The notes beneath the pieces are model-generated. The model made no database searches, had not been told where the DNA came from, and saw nothing but the letters and a program-made list of their open reading frames with translations. From NCBI GenBank assembly GCA_963833575.1, contig CAWHXY010000006.1, positions 256,001 to 320,000 on the forward strand: a DNA stretch of 64,000 bases. The letters are read 5' to 3'. Source of the stretch: Candidatus Bathyarchaeota archaeon. Its GTDB lineage: Archaea; Thermoproteota; Bathyarchaeia; Bathyarchaeales; Bathycorpusculaceae. This document shows, one piece after another, positions 35,727 to 46,672 of this stretch; the first letter of the stretch is position 1, and every line of letters starts with the position of its first letter. The position numbers and the translations under genes are program-made.

Positions 35727-36596
35727 TTGAGTATGCTAGAAATGCTAGATGAAAGTGAGAATTCGCCTTTCTTAAAAGCCACCCAGCATACTTTCGCCAT
35801 TTCGGATTCGATTTCTCTGAAAGTCTATTCTAGTACTAATCCAGAAAACATGAAAATCGCCGGTTTACAGAAGGGCTTGGTTCTTCTTTGTGATGGAACT
35901 GAGGTTATCGGGGAAGGGACAGGTTTTGGGGTCCCGATTGCTAAATACTCTGATGAAACAGTCTTTTCAGGTTCATCATCGCTTTATATCCGCAGGCGGG
36001 GAAACAGTGTCGAAATTCGAAAAGAGTTTCTCATGGATCTGGTAACCAGAGATAGATTCCGAAAGATCAAACTTAAAATTCCCTGAGTACGAACGTTATC
36101 TGATTTTTTTTGCTTGCAATATCAGAGGCATAAGCATCTTGTTCGACCAGTCTTAAATGTGAGAAGTTTATTCCTAAAGTTTGGAATAAAGTCAAGCTTT
36201 GAAAAAAGACCCCACAAAGGCACAATAATAGTTACTTATGTTATGAAGAAAAATCGAATTCAGGTGAAACTGAACTTTAGCAACCTTGAACAAACTGATC
36301 TTGGAAAAGTTTTTATTTTGAACGAACAGGGAGCACATTTCTTTAGGACTTACTCTGATTCAGAAGGCTTGAGGCTTGTTGATGAGGATATCGGGGCTTG
36401 GGACAGCGTAACTGCGCAATCAGCGAAAATAGCAAATGAACAAAACAAAATAGGGTTCAGTCTCAAGAGCTTAGAAGGGAGCATGTTAAAGCGAGGAAGG
36501 GAACTGATGGAAGGTTCTTTGAACTGGATTGGTCTAGATTATGAACTTGAACCGGAAAACTGCCATTTTGAGTATGAAATTGAACTTTTTGGTTGA
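35727..36596 (+). pseudogene. Hypothetical gene interrupted by a single in-frame TGA
   Basis: Track ORFs 35727-36086 and 36114-36596 are in the same frame (offset 387 nt) and are separated only by TGA at 36084-36086 (...KLKIP*VRTLSDFFCLQYQ...). Confidence 0.7.
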
Positions 36597-36803
36597 CATC
36601 AAGTGGACTATAGATTTCTCCTCGCAAAGCAAACACAAAACGTGAAACAAAGTTTTTTGAGCAAAAGATGAACCTATTTTAAACAAAAAATAGTAAGAAT
36701 GCAACTCAGATTCATTGCGAAATCGCCATTTTCTTGGGCAGTGGAATCGATGAAAAACCTTATTAGCTGAACAGGACAAACTCCACTTTGGAGAAGGAAT
36801 TAG

Positions 36804-37142
36804 ATGGTTTATTGTCCAAAATGCGGTACGATGAACGATGATTCCGCGGAGTTCTGCGTTAAATGCGGCGCTTCTTTACGCACTGGCACATATGAATCAC
36901 GACGCTATGAGCGAAGAAGAGCCCAAAATGAATGCTTTGGTCTTCCCCATGGTGGCGCAATTTTTGGACTTGTTATCGGAATAATAGTAATAATATATGG
37001 TGTTCTTTTGCTCGCGCAGCAGATGAATTGGATCAGTGCATCGGCTAACTACCTTTGGATTGTGATAGTAATCGTAATAGGAGTACTCTTGATTGCTGGC
37101 GCACTCTACCGGATGAATCGACCAAGGCCAAGCCAAACTTAG
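36804..37142 (+). CDS. Zinc-ribbon domain membrane protein
   Basis: YCPKCG...FCVKCGASL followed by two TM helices. Confidence 0.85.
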   Translation: MVYCPKCGTMNDDSAEFCVKCGASLRTGTYESRRYERRRAQNECFGLPHGGAIFGLVIGIIVIIYGVLLLAQQMNWISASANYLWIVIVIVIGVLLIAGALYRMNRPRPSQT

Positions 37143-37870
37143 GATGAGTTTATACTGCAGGCTTTTAAGGTGCATTCAGTGCATATTCTGCGATGATCCC
37201 ATCGAGAGAGAGCCGTATCTGTTACAAGCCAAAGTGTACTCAACAAAACAAAGAACAGATCGATCGAAGTATTTTGCAGTGAGCTGTCTACGCTTGCGAT
37301 TATAAGGAAAGCCCCCAAAGCAAAAACCGTGCTTGCAGCGAAGCGGGAAAAACCGATTTTGAAACCTGGCAGAATTGAGTGCAATAGACCTATTGTTACT
37401 CCGAAGGCACCTAATGTTAGGGGTATGAAGGGCGCCATTGCGAAGCTAAGGGGACCGAAGAAAAACAATACGACACCGATTAAAGCAATGACTGCGCCAG
37501 TGGAAAAGCCTGTGCATGTTGCACAGAGAATCTTGCCCCAGACTTTCAAAACATGTGCAGAATAGTTTCCGCATGAAGGATGATGGCCGAGGATGGTTGG
37601 ACGGCGCAGTCTTTGCGAATCATTTTCATGGTTTGTCACTTTTTCGTAATCCAACACTCTCAAACAGTTGTCGGGATAAATCGAGGCGAATGTTCCTATT
37701 ACGCAGAGGAGACCAAAAATCGAGCCTATGAGGGGTTTTCGCAATTCAAAGTCATCAGGAGTTTTTCCTGAAAGAAAAACAAGTACGAAGGAAAGAGCAA
37801 GCCCAAAGAATGATATACAGAGTAGGAACATCAGACTTGAATCGATAGGTAAATTTATTTTTTTAGACAT
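37139..37870 (-). CDS. Hypothetical membrane protein with His/Cys clusters
   Basis: About 6 TM; GHHPSC...H...LCATCTG and C-terminal HRRICTECTLKAC. Confidence 0.75.
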   Translation of the reverse strand: MSKKINLPIDSSLMFLLCISFFGLALSFVLVFLSGKTPDDFELRKPLIGSIFGLLCVIGTFASIYPDNCLRVLDYEKVTNHENDSQRLRRPTILGHHPSCGNYSAHVLKVWGKILCATCTGFSTGAVIALIGVVLFFFGPLSFAMAPFIPLTLGAFGVTIGLLHSILPGFKIGFSRFAASTVFALGAFLIIASVDSSLQNTSIDLFFVLLSTLWLVTDTALSRWDHRRICTECTLKACSINSS

Positions 37871-37882
37871 GAAATCAGCAGA

Positions 37883-39310
37883 CTAGACTATGCTCTCAAG
37901 TTGTCTTATAACACCTTGACGAGCCATGTAGCGGTATACCCTTCTTTTCACTTTATTCTTTGCAAAAACGCCCTTCAACAATCTACTCCCTGAACCATAG
38001 AACGATCTGTAACAATCAGTAAGTTCACGCTGGACCCGCTCTCTCGTCAAAGTATTAGTTGGCATGGTGGCGTGTACCATATCATAATTAGCCCAGTTAA
38101 AATCTTCAATCCAGCCATTGCTCTTAGCTTCCTCGTAAAGGTCAGTTCCAGGAAAAGGAGTCAGAACCATGAAGATAGCTATGTCAGGATCAATATCATG
38201 AATGAAAAACCTTAACTCCTTTATCGATTCAGCCGTATCATGACGGTTTCCCACAATGCATGTTGCCTGCGAGAATATTCCATTTTGCTTTAGAAGTTTT
38301 ACAGCTGTAGAAGCGTCTTCCGGCTTGGTGCCTTTGTGAAAACTATCAAGGGTTGTTTTGCTTTGGCTTTCCACTCCAAGTAGGAACCAAGTGAATCCAG
38401 CTTTACTCAATTTTTCTACTATTCTCGGGTTTTTTGCAGCATCGTCACATCGTACTTGCATAAAGCAGGTTATGTCTTTGGAGAATTCTCGTTTGATAAG
38501 TTCGTCACAGAGGTCTTCGGTTCGTTTGTTCAAACCAAAGTTGTCATCTGTTAACCATTGGAATTTGCTACCATAGTTGTTATAGAGATATTCCATTTCG
38601 TCAGCTACGCGTTTCACAGATTTGTGACGCAAAGTGCCTTGCCAATGTTTCCATTGAGAACAGAAGCTGCAGTGATTAGGGCATCCTCGGGAGGCTTCTA
38701 CAATGCCATATTTAGCTTTGGATCCAGCCATCATCGTGAAGTGGTAGCGATCAGCGAAGCCCTTCACGAATCGGTATCCTGGAAAAGGTAACTGATCGAG
38801 GTTTTCAATCAGTGGACGTGGACGGTTGTGGAAGATTTGTTTTCCATGCCTATAAGATAGACCTTTGATGGCTGAGTAGTTTGATTTTTCTTTCACTGCT
38901 TTAACCAATTCCAGAAATGTTTCTTCGCCTTCACCACGTATTATAACATCGATTTCCGGGTAGGCTTCCAGACTTTCCTGAGCTAAAGCAGTGAAGTGTT
39001 GTCCACCTGTTACTGTAACGATATTGGGCTTGAGTTTCTTCGCGAGTTCTAGGGTTCGAGCTGTGATGTAAACGTTGCAGGTTGCTAGCCCACTCGCAGC
39101 CACTATGTCTGGATCAAACGTTTTCATGTGTTTTTCCAGTCCAGACCAATCCAAAGACATCGCTTGGCAATCTAAAACTTCAATGTCCACATCTTCCATC
39201 TTTTCAGCTATATAGGCGGCGAGCTGAAGAATTCCATAAGGCGGAGGAAGATACTCACCCATAACAAACCAGTAATCCTTAGGTGGCTCAACAAACTGAA
39301 CCCTTACCAA
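37883..39310 (-). CDS. B12-binding radical SAM protein
   Basis: PPYGILQLAA, TGGQHFT and IRGEGE (cobalamin domain); ASRGCPNHCSFC; LTPFPGTDLY. Confidence 0.93.
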   Translation of the reverse strand: MVRVQFVEPPKDYWFVMGEYLPPPYGILQLAAYIAEKMEDVDIEVLDCQAMSLDWSGLEKHMKTFDPDIVAASGLATCNVYITARTLELAKKLKPNIVTVTGGQHFTALAQESLEAYPEIDVIIRGEGEETFLELVKAVKEKSNYSAIKGLSYRHGKQIFHNRPRPLIENLDQLPFPGYRFVKGFADRYHFTMMAGSKAKYGIVEASRGCPNHCSFCSQWKHWQGTLRHKSVKRVADEMEYLYNNYGSKFQWLTDDNFGLNKRTEDLCDELIKREFSKDITCFMQVRCDDAAKNPRIVEKLSKAGFTWFLLGVESQSKTTLDSFHKGTKPEDASTAVKLLKQNGIFSQATCIVGNRHDTAESIKELRFFIHDIDPDIAIFMVLTPFPGTDLYEEAKSNGWIEDFNWANYDMVHATMPTNTLTRERVQRELTDCYRSFYGSGSRLLKGVFAKNKVKRRVYRYMARQGVIRQLESIV

Positions 39311-39495
39311 ATCAATACTCCCAAATATTCACTGCATGATTGTTTTGTTGAACTGATATTTATTTGAAAGTCTAATTATGCTTTGCCGAAGCACACGTTT
39401 GGCCAAAGCCATCTGAAACAATACCAAAAACCTTTCATATACCCTTTTTCCAAATTACCAATACTTTATTCCTCTTCGTTAACAGGTGATATGAC

Positions 39496-40377
39496 ATGAA
39501 AATAGCCCGCTACAAATACAATGACAAAGAATACTACGGCATAATGCAACCTGAAAGATTGCTTTGCATACAAGAACTTGCAAAGCGCTTCAAAACGGAC
39601 CTGCCAAACAATATAGAGGCTTTCATTGCAGATCAAACAGCTCAGAAAACAGCAGAAGCTTTGCTTACGAAAGCAAAAAAAAGTGACATTGACGAAATCT
39701 CTACTCCCTTGAGCGAAACAAGACTTTTGGCGCCAATAGTTTCACCGCCCAAAATTCTTTGTTTAGGCTTAAACTTTGCAACGCACGTGACTGAAACCAA
39801 AGAAAAGCGACCCAAAGAACCCGTGATCTTTATGAAGCCACACAGTGCCATAGCGGGACCAAACGACAAAATCATCAAACGGCCCTTTGTAAAGGAACTT
39901 GACTACGAAGGTGAGCTAGCAATAATCATAGGCAAAAAAGCCAAAGATATCCCTGTTTCAGAGGCGCTTAACTACGTTTTCGGTTACACCATACTAAACG
40001 ATGTCTCAGCTCGGGACTTCCAGTTCAAAGGCAGCCAGTGGACTCCGGGCAAAAGCTTCGACACCTTCGCACCTACGGGACCGTGCATCACAATGGCAAC
40101 ACAATTGCCTGACCCCAGTAACCTAAGCATCAAAACATGGATAAATGACGAACTCCGACAAAACGGTAACACATGTGACATGATTTTCAGTGTAGCTCAA
40201 GTAATCTACCACCTCAGCAGGGTCATGACACTCGAACCATGTGACATAATCGCAACAGGTACCCCATCAGGAGTGGCAATGGCCATGAAACCCCAAAAAT
40301 GGCTAACCGCCGGCGACGTGGTTCGAATAGAAATCCAAGGAATTGGCACAATAGAAAACACTGTTGAAGAAAGATAA
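39496..40377 (+). CDS. Fumarylacetoacetate hydrolase family protein
   Basis: KILCLGLNF, LDYEGEL, NDVSARD, GKSFDTF and TGTPSGV. Confidence 0.93.
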   Translation: MKIARYKYNDKEYYGIMQPERLLCIQELAKRFKTDLPNNIEAFIADQTAQKTAEALLTKAKKSDIDEISTPLSETRLLAPIVSPPKILCLGLNFATHVTETKEKRPKEPVIFMKPHSAIAGPNDKIIKRPFVKELDYEGELAIIIGKKAKDIPVSEALNYVFGYTILNDVSARDFQFKGSQWTPGKSFDTFAPTGPCITMATQLPDPSNLSIKTWINDELRQNGNTCDMIFSVAQVIYHLSRVMTLEPCDIIATGTPSGVAMAMKPQKWLTAGDVVRIEIQGIGTIENTVEER

Positions 40378-40525
40378 CCATGCTTCCACAATTGAAGTAT
40401 CTTTGATCATTATGCTAAACACTTTTTGAGTAAAAAAATATAATAACACCAAAAATACAAAAACGTAAACCATCCTTGCCTGTTTGCTTCCAGATCGAAA
40501 GCTAACAAGCTGAAGAAAATTCGGA

Positions 40526-41773
40526 TTGGACCTAACATTGTTTAGCAGCTATCAAGGCTTACAAAGGGACGCAAAATACTTAATTATCCAGTCGATACTA
40601 CCGGCTGTCGCATATGGACTGTTTTACACCGACATATCCTATTTTCTTACAACCATCCAAGGCTTGTCATATAGTTTAATGGGTCTAGTAATTACCACCA
40701 TGGGCGTATCTACATTCATATCAAGCGTACCCCTAGGAATACTAGCTGACAAATATGGACGGAAAAAAACACTTATTTTAGGAAACATGATCGCTGGTAT
40801 AATAATCGCTGTTTTCGCATTCACAATAAACCCAGCAGCACTTCTAATTGCAGCGGTTTTTGAGGGAATCTCTGAAGCAGCATTCTCCGCCTCCAGCGGC
40901 GCATTGCTTGCAGAACACGCGGACTCCGAAAACAGAAACAGCGTCTTTTCACTTAATGGCTTCGCGAATAGCATGGCCTTCGGCATCGGAAGCTTAGCAA
41001 TATCGGCGACAGTAATCTTTCAACTTCTAGGATTCTCTAACAAGTTAAGCCATGGTTTGCTTTACGTAACTTTTGCTTCACTTAGTCTAGCTTCAACCTT
41101 TATCTTGCTAAAGGTCAAAGAATCTGACAGAAGCAAAAAAACAAAAAAAGTAGAAGCTTCAAATGAAGCTAAAGCTTCACATAAAAGGTCAACAAACGTT
41201 TTAGCAAAATACGTTCTGACAAGCGCAATAATTGCCTTCGGCGCAGGTATGGTAGTACCTTTAATGACAGCCTGGCTCAGGCTTCAATACGGCATTCCAG
41301 ACATTGTCAGTGGTCCCATACTTGGCATAGTAAGCATTGTCATCGGAGTTGCAACCCTTGCAGGTCCGCCGCTCGCAAAGAAGTTAGGTTTAGTGAAAGC
41401 TATTGTTGTCACTCAGGCAGCATCAACTATTTTCATGTTTGCAACGCCTTTGTCGGGGAGTTACATAATTGCTAGTTCCGTTTACTGTGTCCGAGCTTTT
41501 CTAATGAACATGGCAAGTCCTCTGTCGCAGTCATTGATTATGGGTTTGGTTGATGAAGATGAACGTGGAATGGCTTCAGGAGTCAACGCTGCCCTTTGGA
41601 GGCTTCCTAACGCTTTAAGCACTTTCATAGGCGCTTACTTAATGTCCATAGGATTGCTAGCGCTTCCTTTCTTTTTGGCGACCGCTCTCTATTCAGCATC
41701 AATAGCGCTTTTCTGGTGGTATTTTAGGAAAACTAAAATGCCTGAAGAAAAAGCAAAGTTAATTTCTGTTTAA
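40526..41773 (+). CDS. MFS transporter
   Basis: 12 TM pattern and motif A GILADKYGRK. Confidence 0.9.
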   Translation: MDLTLFSSYQGLQRDAKYLIIQSILPAVAYGLFYTDISYFLTTIQGLSYSLMGLVITTMGVSTFISSVPLGILADKYGRKKTLILGNMIAGIIIAVFAFTINPAALLIAAVFEGISEAAFSASSGALLAEHADSENRNSVFSLNGFANSMAFGIGSLAISATVIFQLLGFSNKLSHGLLYVTFASLSLASTFILLKVKESDRSKKTKKVEASNEAKASHKRSTNVLAKYVLTSAIIAFGAGMVVPLMTAWLRLQYGIPDIVSGPILGIVSIVIGVATLAGPPLAKKLGLVKAIVVTQAASTIFMFATPLSGSYIIASSVYCVRAFLMNMASPLSQSLIMGLVDEDERGMASGVNAALWRLPNALSTFIGAYLMSIGLLALPFFLATALYSASIALFWWYFRKTKMPEEKAKLISV

Positions 41774-42802
41774 AATTCTCTCGATTGCGTCTATAGTTGT
41801 TTCTATATGTTCTTTTTCTATTCCTCGATGAGTTACTATTCTAACTCTGTTTTTTGCTTGAGCTAGAGCTAAAATGCCTTCTTGTTTGAGATCTAAAAGG
41901 AACTTGGCGCAGTCGATTGATGAATCAAGATCGAATGTGACCATGTTTGTTTGGACGTTTTTTAAGTTAATGTTGACTCCTTTGATGTTACCTATTTTTT
42001 CAGCCAGCAAGCGGGCGTTTTCGTGGTCTGTTTTTAACCTGCTGATCAGTTTTTCCAATGCTAATATACCTGGTGCAGCGATTATTCCGGCTTGGCGCAT
42101 TCCACCGCCCAATAGTTTTCTTGTTTTCCTTGCCTTTTGGATAAAATCCTGAGAGCCAACGATTAAAGAGCCTACGGGGCAGCTTAATCCTTTAGATAAG
42201 CAGAACATCAAATTATCAACATGTTTTGTAAACTCTTTTACATCAACGTTCAAAGCGACTGCAGCGTTGAATATTCTTGCGCCATCCATGTAGACTTTCA
42301 ATGAGTGCTTTTTTGCTACTTCACTGATCGCTTCCAACTGCTTTGGGGCAATGATTAATCCGCCATAACGGTTATGAGTATTTTCCACACAAACCAAAGA
42401 AGGCACAGGATAATGAATATTCTCTGGTCGCAACGAGGCTTCTATTTGTTCTGGTTCAAACGCTCCAGTGCCTGTTTTTATGGTCCATGGAAGCAAACCA
42501 GCGATTGCAGCTACCCCGCCAACCTCATACCAGTAAATGTGTGATTCAGCTTCAAGCAGCACAAGTTCACCTCTATTGCAGTTGCTCATAAGCGATGTTA
42601 GGTTGGCTTGAGTTCCGCTTGGAACAAGAAGAGCTGCTTCTTTGCCCATTTTTTCCGCTGCCATCTCTTGAATCCTATTCACAGTAGGGTCTTCACCGTA
42701 GACGTCGTCGCCGAGCTTAGCTTGTTTAATAGCTTCAAGCATTTCTTCTGTAGGCAACGTTACTGTATCACTTCTCAAGTCAATAATTTCATTGATAGGC
42801 AT
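41759..42802 (-). CDS. ltaE: Low-specificity L-threonine aldolase
   Basis: IDLRSDTVT, GDDVYGEDPT, SGTQAN, DGARIFNA, CLSKGL (PLP Lys) and GGGMRQAG. Confidence 0.94.
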   Translation of the reverse strand: MPINEIIDLRSDTVTLPTEEMLEAIKQAKLGDDVYGEDPTVNRIQEMAAEKMGKEAALLVPSGTQANLTSLMSNCNRGELVLLEAESHIYWYEVGGVAAIAGLLPWTIKTGTGAFEPEQIEASLRPENIHYPVPSLVCVENTHNRYGGLIIAPKQLEAISEVAKKHSLKVYMDGARIFNAAVALNVDVKEFTKHVDNLMFCLSKGLSCPVGSLIVGSQDFIQKARKTRKLLGGGMRQAGIIAAPGILALEKLISRLKTDHENARLLAEKIGNIKGVNINLKNVQTNMVTFDLDSSIDCAKFLLDLKQEGILALAQAKNRVRIVTHRGIEKEHIETTIDAIERILNRN

Positions 42803-42949
42803 TTTGTTTCCCTTAATAGTGCCTTAGTTTAGCGATGCTAATTAATTTTTCATGCATTTACTTTCTCGAAGCCTGCAGAAAGTTGGCATTCGGAAGTTTT
42901 TTGCCTATATCAGAAATACTTTAATTTAGTTTAATTCTTATTCAAAAAG

Positions 42950-43162
42950 ATGGAAGGCACCAGAAAGCGCTCTGTTATCAAATCAATAGTTTGGAGAATT
43001 ATTTGCATAGTTGTAAGTATCTTAACAACTTTCTTGCTTACTGATAGATGGGATCTTGCAGTGTCTATCGGGACATTATATAACGCAATAACTATGGTTC
43101 TGTATTATTTTCATGAAAGAATTTGGAATAGAATTAAATGGGGTATGAGGAAGTCAGACTAA
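42950..43162 (+). CDS. DUF2061 membrane protein
   Basis: RSVIKSIVWRII...LYYFHERIWNRIKWG. Confidence 0.88.
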   Translation: MEGTRKRSVIKSIVWRIICIVVSILTTFLLTDRWDLAVSIGTLYNAITMVLYYFHERIWNRIKWGMRKSD

Positions 43163-43271
43163 AGTTCTCTTTGGTGCTTGCAGAGAAAATAAATTATTAA
43201 TTGGATCGAAAATCAAATAAGCAAAGTGGGCTCGATATATATAAGAAGCTTGAAGATCGGTCTTGAGTTTT

Positions 43272-43664
43272 ATGACGAAACGTTTTTCCGGGTGGATGAA
43301 GCTTCTGCTCATTGCGGCGGGTTTTTGGGCAGTTTTGATACTTCTGGACGTACTTGTCGTCTACCTCTATGGACCGCAGATTTGGAATTATGCAGGCTAT
43401 TTCTTTGGGGATAACTTGAAGATCACTGTTGGTGTAATAATGTTTATTGAAGGCACAATTTTACTATCTCTAGGTTCTATATGGGCTTCTGGAGCAATGG
43501 AGACTGTTTTTCAAGGAGGCAACCTTAAAACTAACCCATATTATCGTAAGGACGACTGGAAACAGCGCAAAGAAGAAACGGAGAAGCAAAATGTTGCGGG
43601 CAAAATCATATTGTTAGTTGGTGGTCCCATCTTGGTAGTGTCTTTTTTTGTAGTTCTGTTGTGA
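43272..43664 (+). CDS. Hypothetical membrane protein
   Basis: Three TM helices; architecture similar to 51189-51548. Confidence 0.7.
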   Translation: MTKRFSGWMKLLLIAAGFWAVLILLDVLVVYLYGPQIWNYAGYFFGDNLKITVGVIMFIEGTILLSLGSIWASGAMETVFQGGNLKTNPYYRKDDWKQRKEETEKQNVAGKIILLVGGPILVVSFFVVLL

Positions 43665-43699
43665 AAAGAGGAGTCTTGAGGCAAAGTTTGAAACATAAT

Positions 43700-44704
43700 T
43701 TAAGTTTCTAAACTTTGTTTTTGCTGCATGCATGAAACGAAATGTCCTTTTCTAACTTCATTTAGTTCTGGTTTCTTTTCTCTGCACTCCTTGGTTGCAA
43801 GTGGGCATCTGGGGTTGAAGCGGCATCCTGCTGGAGGAGTGATAGGGCTTGGAACTTCGCCTCGCAAACGAGCTTTGGTGTTTTTTGCCTTTGGGTCGGG
43901 TATAGGTACGGCTTCAATTAACGCTTGAGTGTAGGGATGAAGAGGATTGTCAAATAACTCGTCGGTGTCAGCTAATTCAACAATTTCGCCCAAGTACATA
44001 ACTGCGACGCGCTGACTGATTTGCCTTACAGAGCTTAAATCATGAGATATGTACAAGAATGAGAGACCCATAGTTTTTTGTAAATTTCCTAGTAGATTGA
44101 GAATTTGCGCTCTGATTGATACATCTAACGATGAAACGGGTTCATCAGCAACTATAAACTCTGGATCAACAGCTAAAGCACGAGCTATGCAGATCCGCTG
44201 TCTTTGACCACCGCTAAACTCATGAGGATACCTTTCAGCATGGTACTCTTCTAAACCCACCAAGTTTAGAAGTTCATAGACTCGTTCGCTGCGTTTTTCC
44301 TTTGTAACGTGACCATGTATAACAAACGGTTCAGAGATAATGTCGGATACTGTCATTCTAGGATCAAGAGAACCGTAAGGATTTTGGAAAATCATTTGCA
44401 TTTTTCGTCTAATTTTCAGTTTCTCGGGTTTATTTGACGAGCGGAATTTCTCAAAAATATTTTCGCCATCAACTATTACTTCACCTGATGTGGGTTCTAT
44501 GAGGTTCAAGATTACCCTAGCAGTTGTTGTCTTTCCACATCCGCTTTCTCCTACTAATGCAAAGGTTTCTTGCTTTTTAATATCAAATGAGACGTCATCA
44601 ACTGCATGAACCTGTCCCACTTGCTTTTTCGTTAATACTCCTGTTGAGTAAACGGGGAAGTACTTGAATAGGTTTTTGACTTGAATGAAGCTTGCATCAG
44701 TCAT
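43700..44704 (-). CDS. oppF: Oligopeptide/dipeptide ABC transporter ATPase
   Basis: GESGCGKTT, FSGGQRQR, DEPVSSLD and C-terminal GCRFNPRC. Confidence 0.92.
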   Translation of the reverse strand: MTDASFIQVKNLFKYFPVYSTGVLTKKQVGQVHAVDDVSFDIKKQETFALVGESGCGKTTTARVILNLIEPTSGEVIVDGENIFEKFRSSNKPEKLKIRRKMQMIFQNPYGSLDPRMTVSDIISEPFVIHGHVTKEKRSERVYELLNLVGLEEYHAERYPHEFSGGQRQRICIARALAVDPEFIVADEPVSSLDVSIRAQILNLLGNLQKTMGLSFLYISHDLSSVRQISQRVAVMYLGEIVELADTDELFDNPLHPYTQALIEAVPIPDPKAKNTKARLRGEVPSPITPPAGCRFNPRCPLATKECREKKPELNEVRKGHFVSCMQQKQSLET

Positions 44705-45714
44705 TGTTTGGTGCTCTCTCCGTTAAGATTAAGGTTTTTCCATTGATAACAAGCTACAAAATGGTCTGGCTCAACTTCTTCCAGGGTTGGAGGAGATTCT
44801 TCACATTTAGCATCTGCGTATTTGCATCTTGGATGAAATCGGCAACCTGAAGGTGGTTCTATCAAGTTGGGTATGTTTCCAGGAATTATGCTTAATGTTT
44901 TCTTTCTGTCCAGGCGAGGTACTGCTGACAGCAACAGAGCTGTATATGGATGTCGTGGGTGCTCATATAGATCTCCAGTTTTTGCAATCTCACAAACGTT
45001 TCCCGCATACAAAACAACTACTCGGGTTGTCATCTTTGCGATTATTCCCATGTCATGAGTGATCATAACAAGAGACATCCCTAGCTTTTGTTTCAAATCT
45101 TCAAGAAGATCTAGAACCTGAGCTTGAATAGTTACATCAAGTGCTGTGGTTGGCTCGTCGGCAAAAAGAAGCGTTGGTTGAAGTGCCAGAGCTCTCGCGA
45201 TTGCTACACGTTGTTTCATACCTCCACTAAATTGATGTGGGAACTCTTTCATTCTGATTTCTGGATCTGGGATGCCAACTAAGGTCAAGAGTTCAACTAT
45301 TCTTTTGTGGGCTTCTTCTTTGGACATTGATTGGTGAGCCAGCAGGACATCTTTAAGTTGAGTTTCTACTTTGTAGAGTGGATTTAAGGAGGATGAGGGA
45401 TCTTGAAAGATCATTGCTATCTCACTTCCTCGGATCGGTTGCATTTCTTTTTCGCTTTTTGCCACGAGGTTTTGGCCTTTGAATTCTATTTTTCCGTCTA
45501 CAATTCGTCCAGGTTTGGGAATGAGTTTGAGCACTGAAAGAGCTGTAACGGTTTTTCCTGATCCTGATTCGCCTACTAAACCTAGAGATTCACCTTTTCT
45601 TAGTTCAAAGCTGACATCATCTACAGCTTTTACTATTCCAGCTTCAGTGAAAAAGTATGTTTTTAATCTTTCAATCTTCAGTATTGCTTCCGTCATTTCG
45701 TGTTGCTCCGTCAA
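44701..45714 (-). CDS. oppD: Oligopeptide/dipeptide ABC transporter ATPase
   Basis: GESGSGKT, FSGGMKQR, DEPTTALDVTIQAQ and GCRFHPRC. Confidence 0.92.
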   Translation of the reverse strand: MTEQHEMTEAILKIERLKTYFFTEAGIVKAVDDVSFELRKGESLGLVGESGSGKTVTALSVLKLIPKPGRIVDGKIEFKGQNLVAKSEKEMQPIRGSEIAMIFQDPSSSLNPLYKVETQLKDVLLAHQSMSKEEAHKRIVELLTLVGIPDPEIRMKEFPHQFSGGMKQRVAIARALALQPTLLFADEPTTALDVTIQAQVLDLLEDLKQKLGMSLVMITHDMGIIAKMTTRVVVLYAGNVCEIAKTGDLYEHPRHPYTALLLSAVPRLDRKKTLSIIPGNIPNLIEPPSGCRFHPRCKYADAKCEESPPTLEEVEPDHFVACYQWKNLNLNGESTKQ

Positions 45715-46667
45715 TCCCTTAGTCGTGGGTTCAAAGCGTCTGATAGCCCATCTCCCAGGAGGTTAAAGGCGAAAACCGTTATGAGGATAGCGAGACCTGG
45801 GAACAGTTCAGCCCACCAAACTACTCGCATGCTTGCAAAGTTGTTTTCAAGAATTTGCCCCCACGTCATTGTGTTGACGTCCCCAAAGCCTAAGAAGCTT
45901 ACACCTGCTTCTAGCAGAATTGCGTATGCGATTGTGAGGCTTGCAACAACAATAATTGATGACAAAATGTTTGGTAATATGTGTCTAAAAATTATTCTTT
46001 TGTTGCTTGCGCCGAGGGCCTTTTCTGCTTCGACAAATTCAAGTTCTCGGACTCGCATAAATTCGCCTCTGATCATTCTGGCGTCTCCTGGCCAGTTAAA
46101 AACAGCCAAAACAAGGATCACTATGGTTAAGCCTATCGGTATGTTTATTCCAAGAAAATTAATGGCCGTCCCTACTCCAGCACCTAATGTTAACACTCTT
46201 ACGAAAATTAGAATGAACAATAATGATGGAAAAACTAGAAAAACTTCTGTAATTCTCATAAGAACATTGTCAACTGCTCCGCCGAAATATCCTGCAATAG
46301 CGCCTACAGCGATGGCTATGGCCATAGTTATTAGAGTTACAACTACACCGACATAAAGCGCATATTTTGTTCCGTGAAGAATATCGCTTAAAACATCAGT
46401 TCCCAGAACATCTGTACCTAGAAGATAATGTGAATTGGGCGGTGTTCGGACGTCACCGTTATAGAATGGAGTCAATGCTTGAGGATTAGGAAAAGCTGGA
46501 TAGGGTGCTAGAAAATCCCCGAAGATTCCGATGAATACTACAACGAGAACAATGATTAATCCAAAAACGCCAGCCTTATTTCTTCTGAATCTTCGCCATG
46601 CGACCGCCCATTGGCTAGCTGATCTTCGTTTGACTACTGAATTAGATTTATTGTTTTCGGCATTCAT
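45711..46667 (-). CDS. oppC: Oligopeptide ABC transporter permease
   Basis: LLGTDVLG, EAEKALGAS (EAA-like) and FNLLGDGLSDALNPR. Confidence 0.92.
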   Translation of the reverse strand: MNAENNKSNSVVKRRSASQWAVAWRRFRRNKAGVFGLIIVLVVVFIGIFGDFLAPYPAFPNPQALTPFYNGDVRTPPNSHYLLGTDVLGTDVLSDILHGTKYALYVGVVVTLITMAIAIAVGAIAGYFGGAVDNVLMRITEVFLVFPSLLFILIFVRVLTLGAGVGTAINFLGINIPIGLTIVILVLAVFNWPGDARMIRGEFMRVRELEFVEAEKALGASNKRIIFRHILPNILSSIIVVASLTIAYAILLEAGVSFLGFGDVNTMTWGQILENNFASMRVVWWAELFPGLAILITVFAFNLLGDGLSDALNPRLRD

Positions 46668-46672
46668 ATGAT

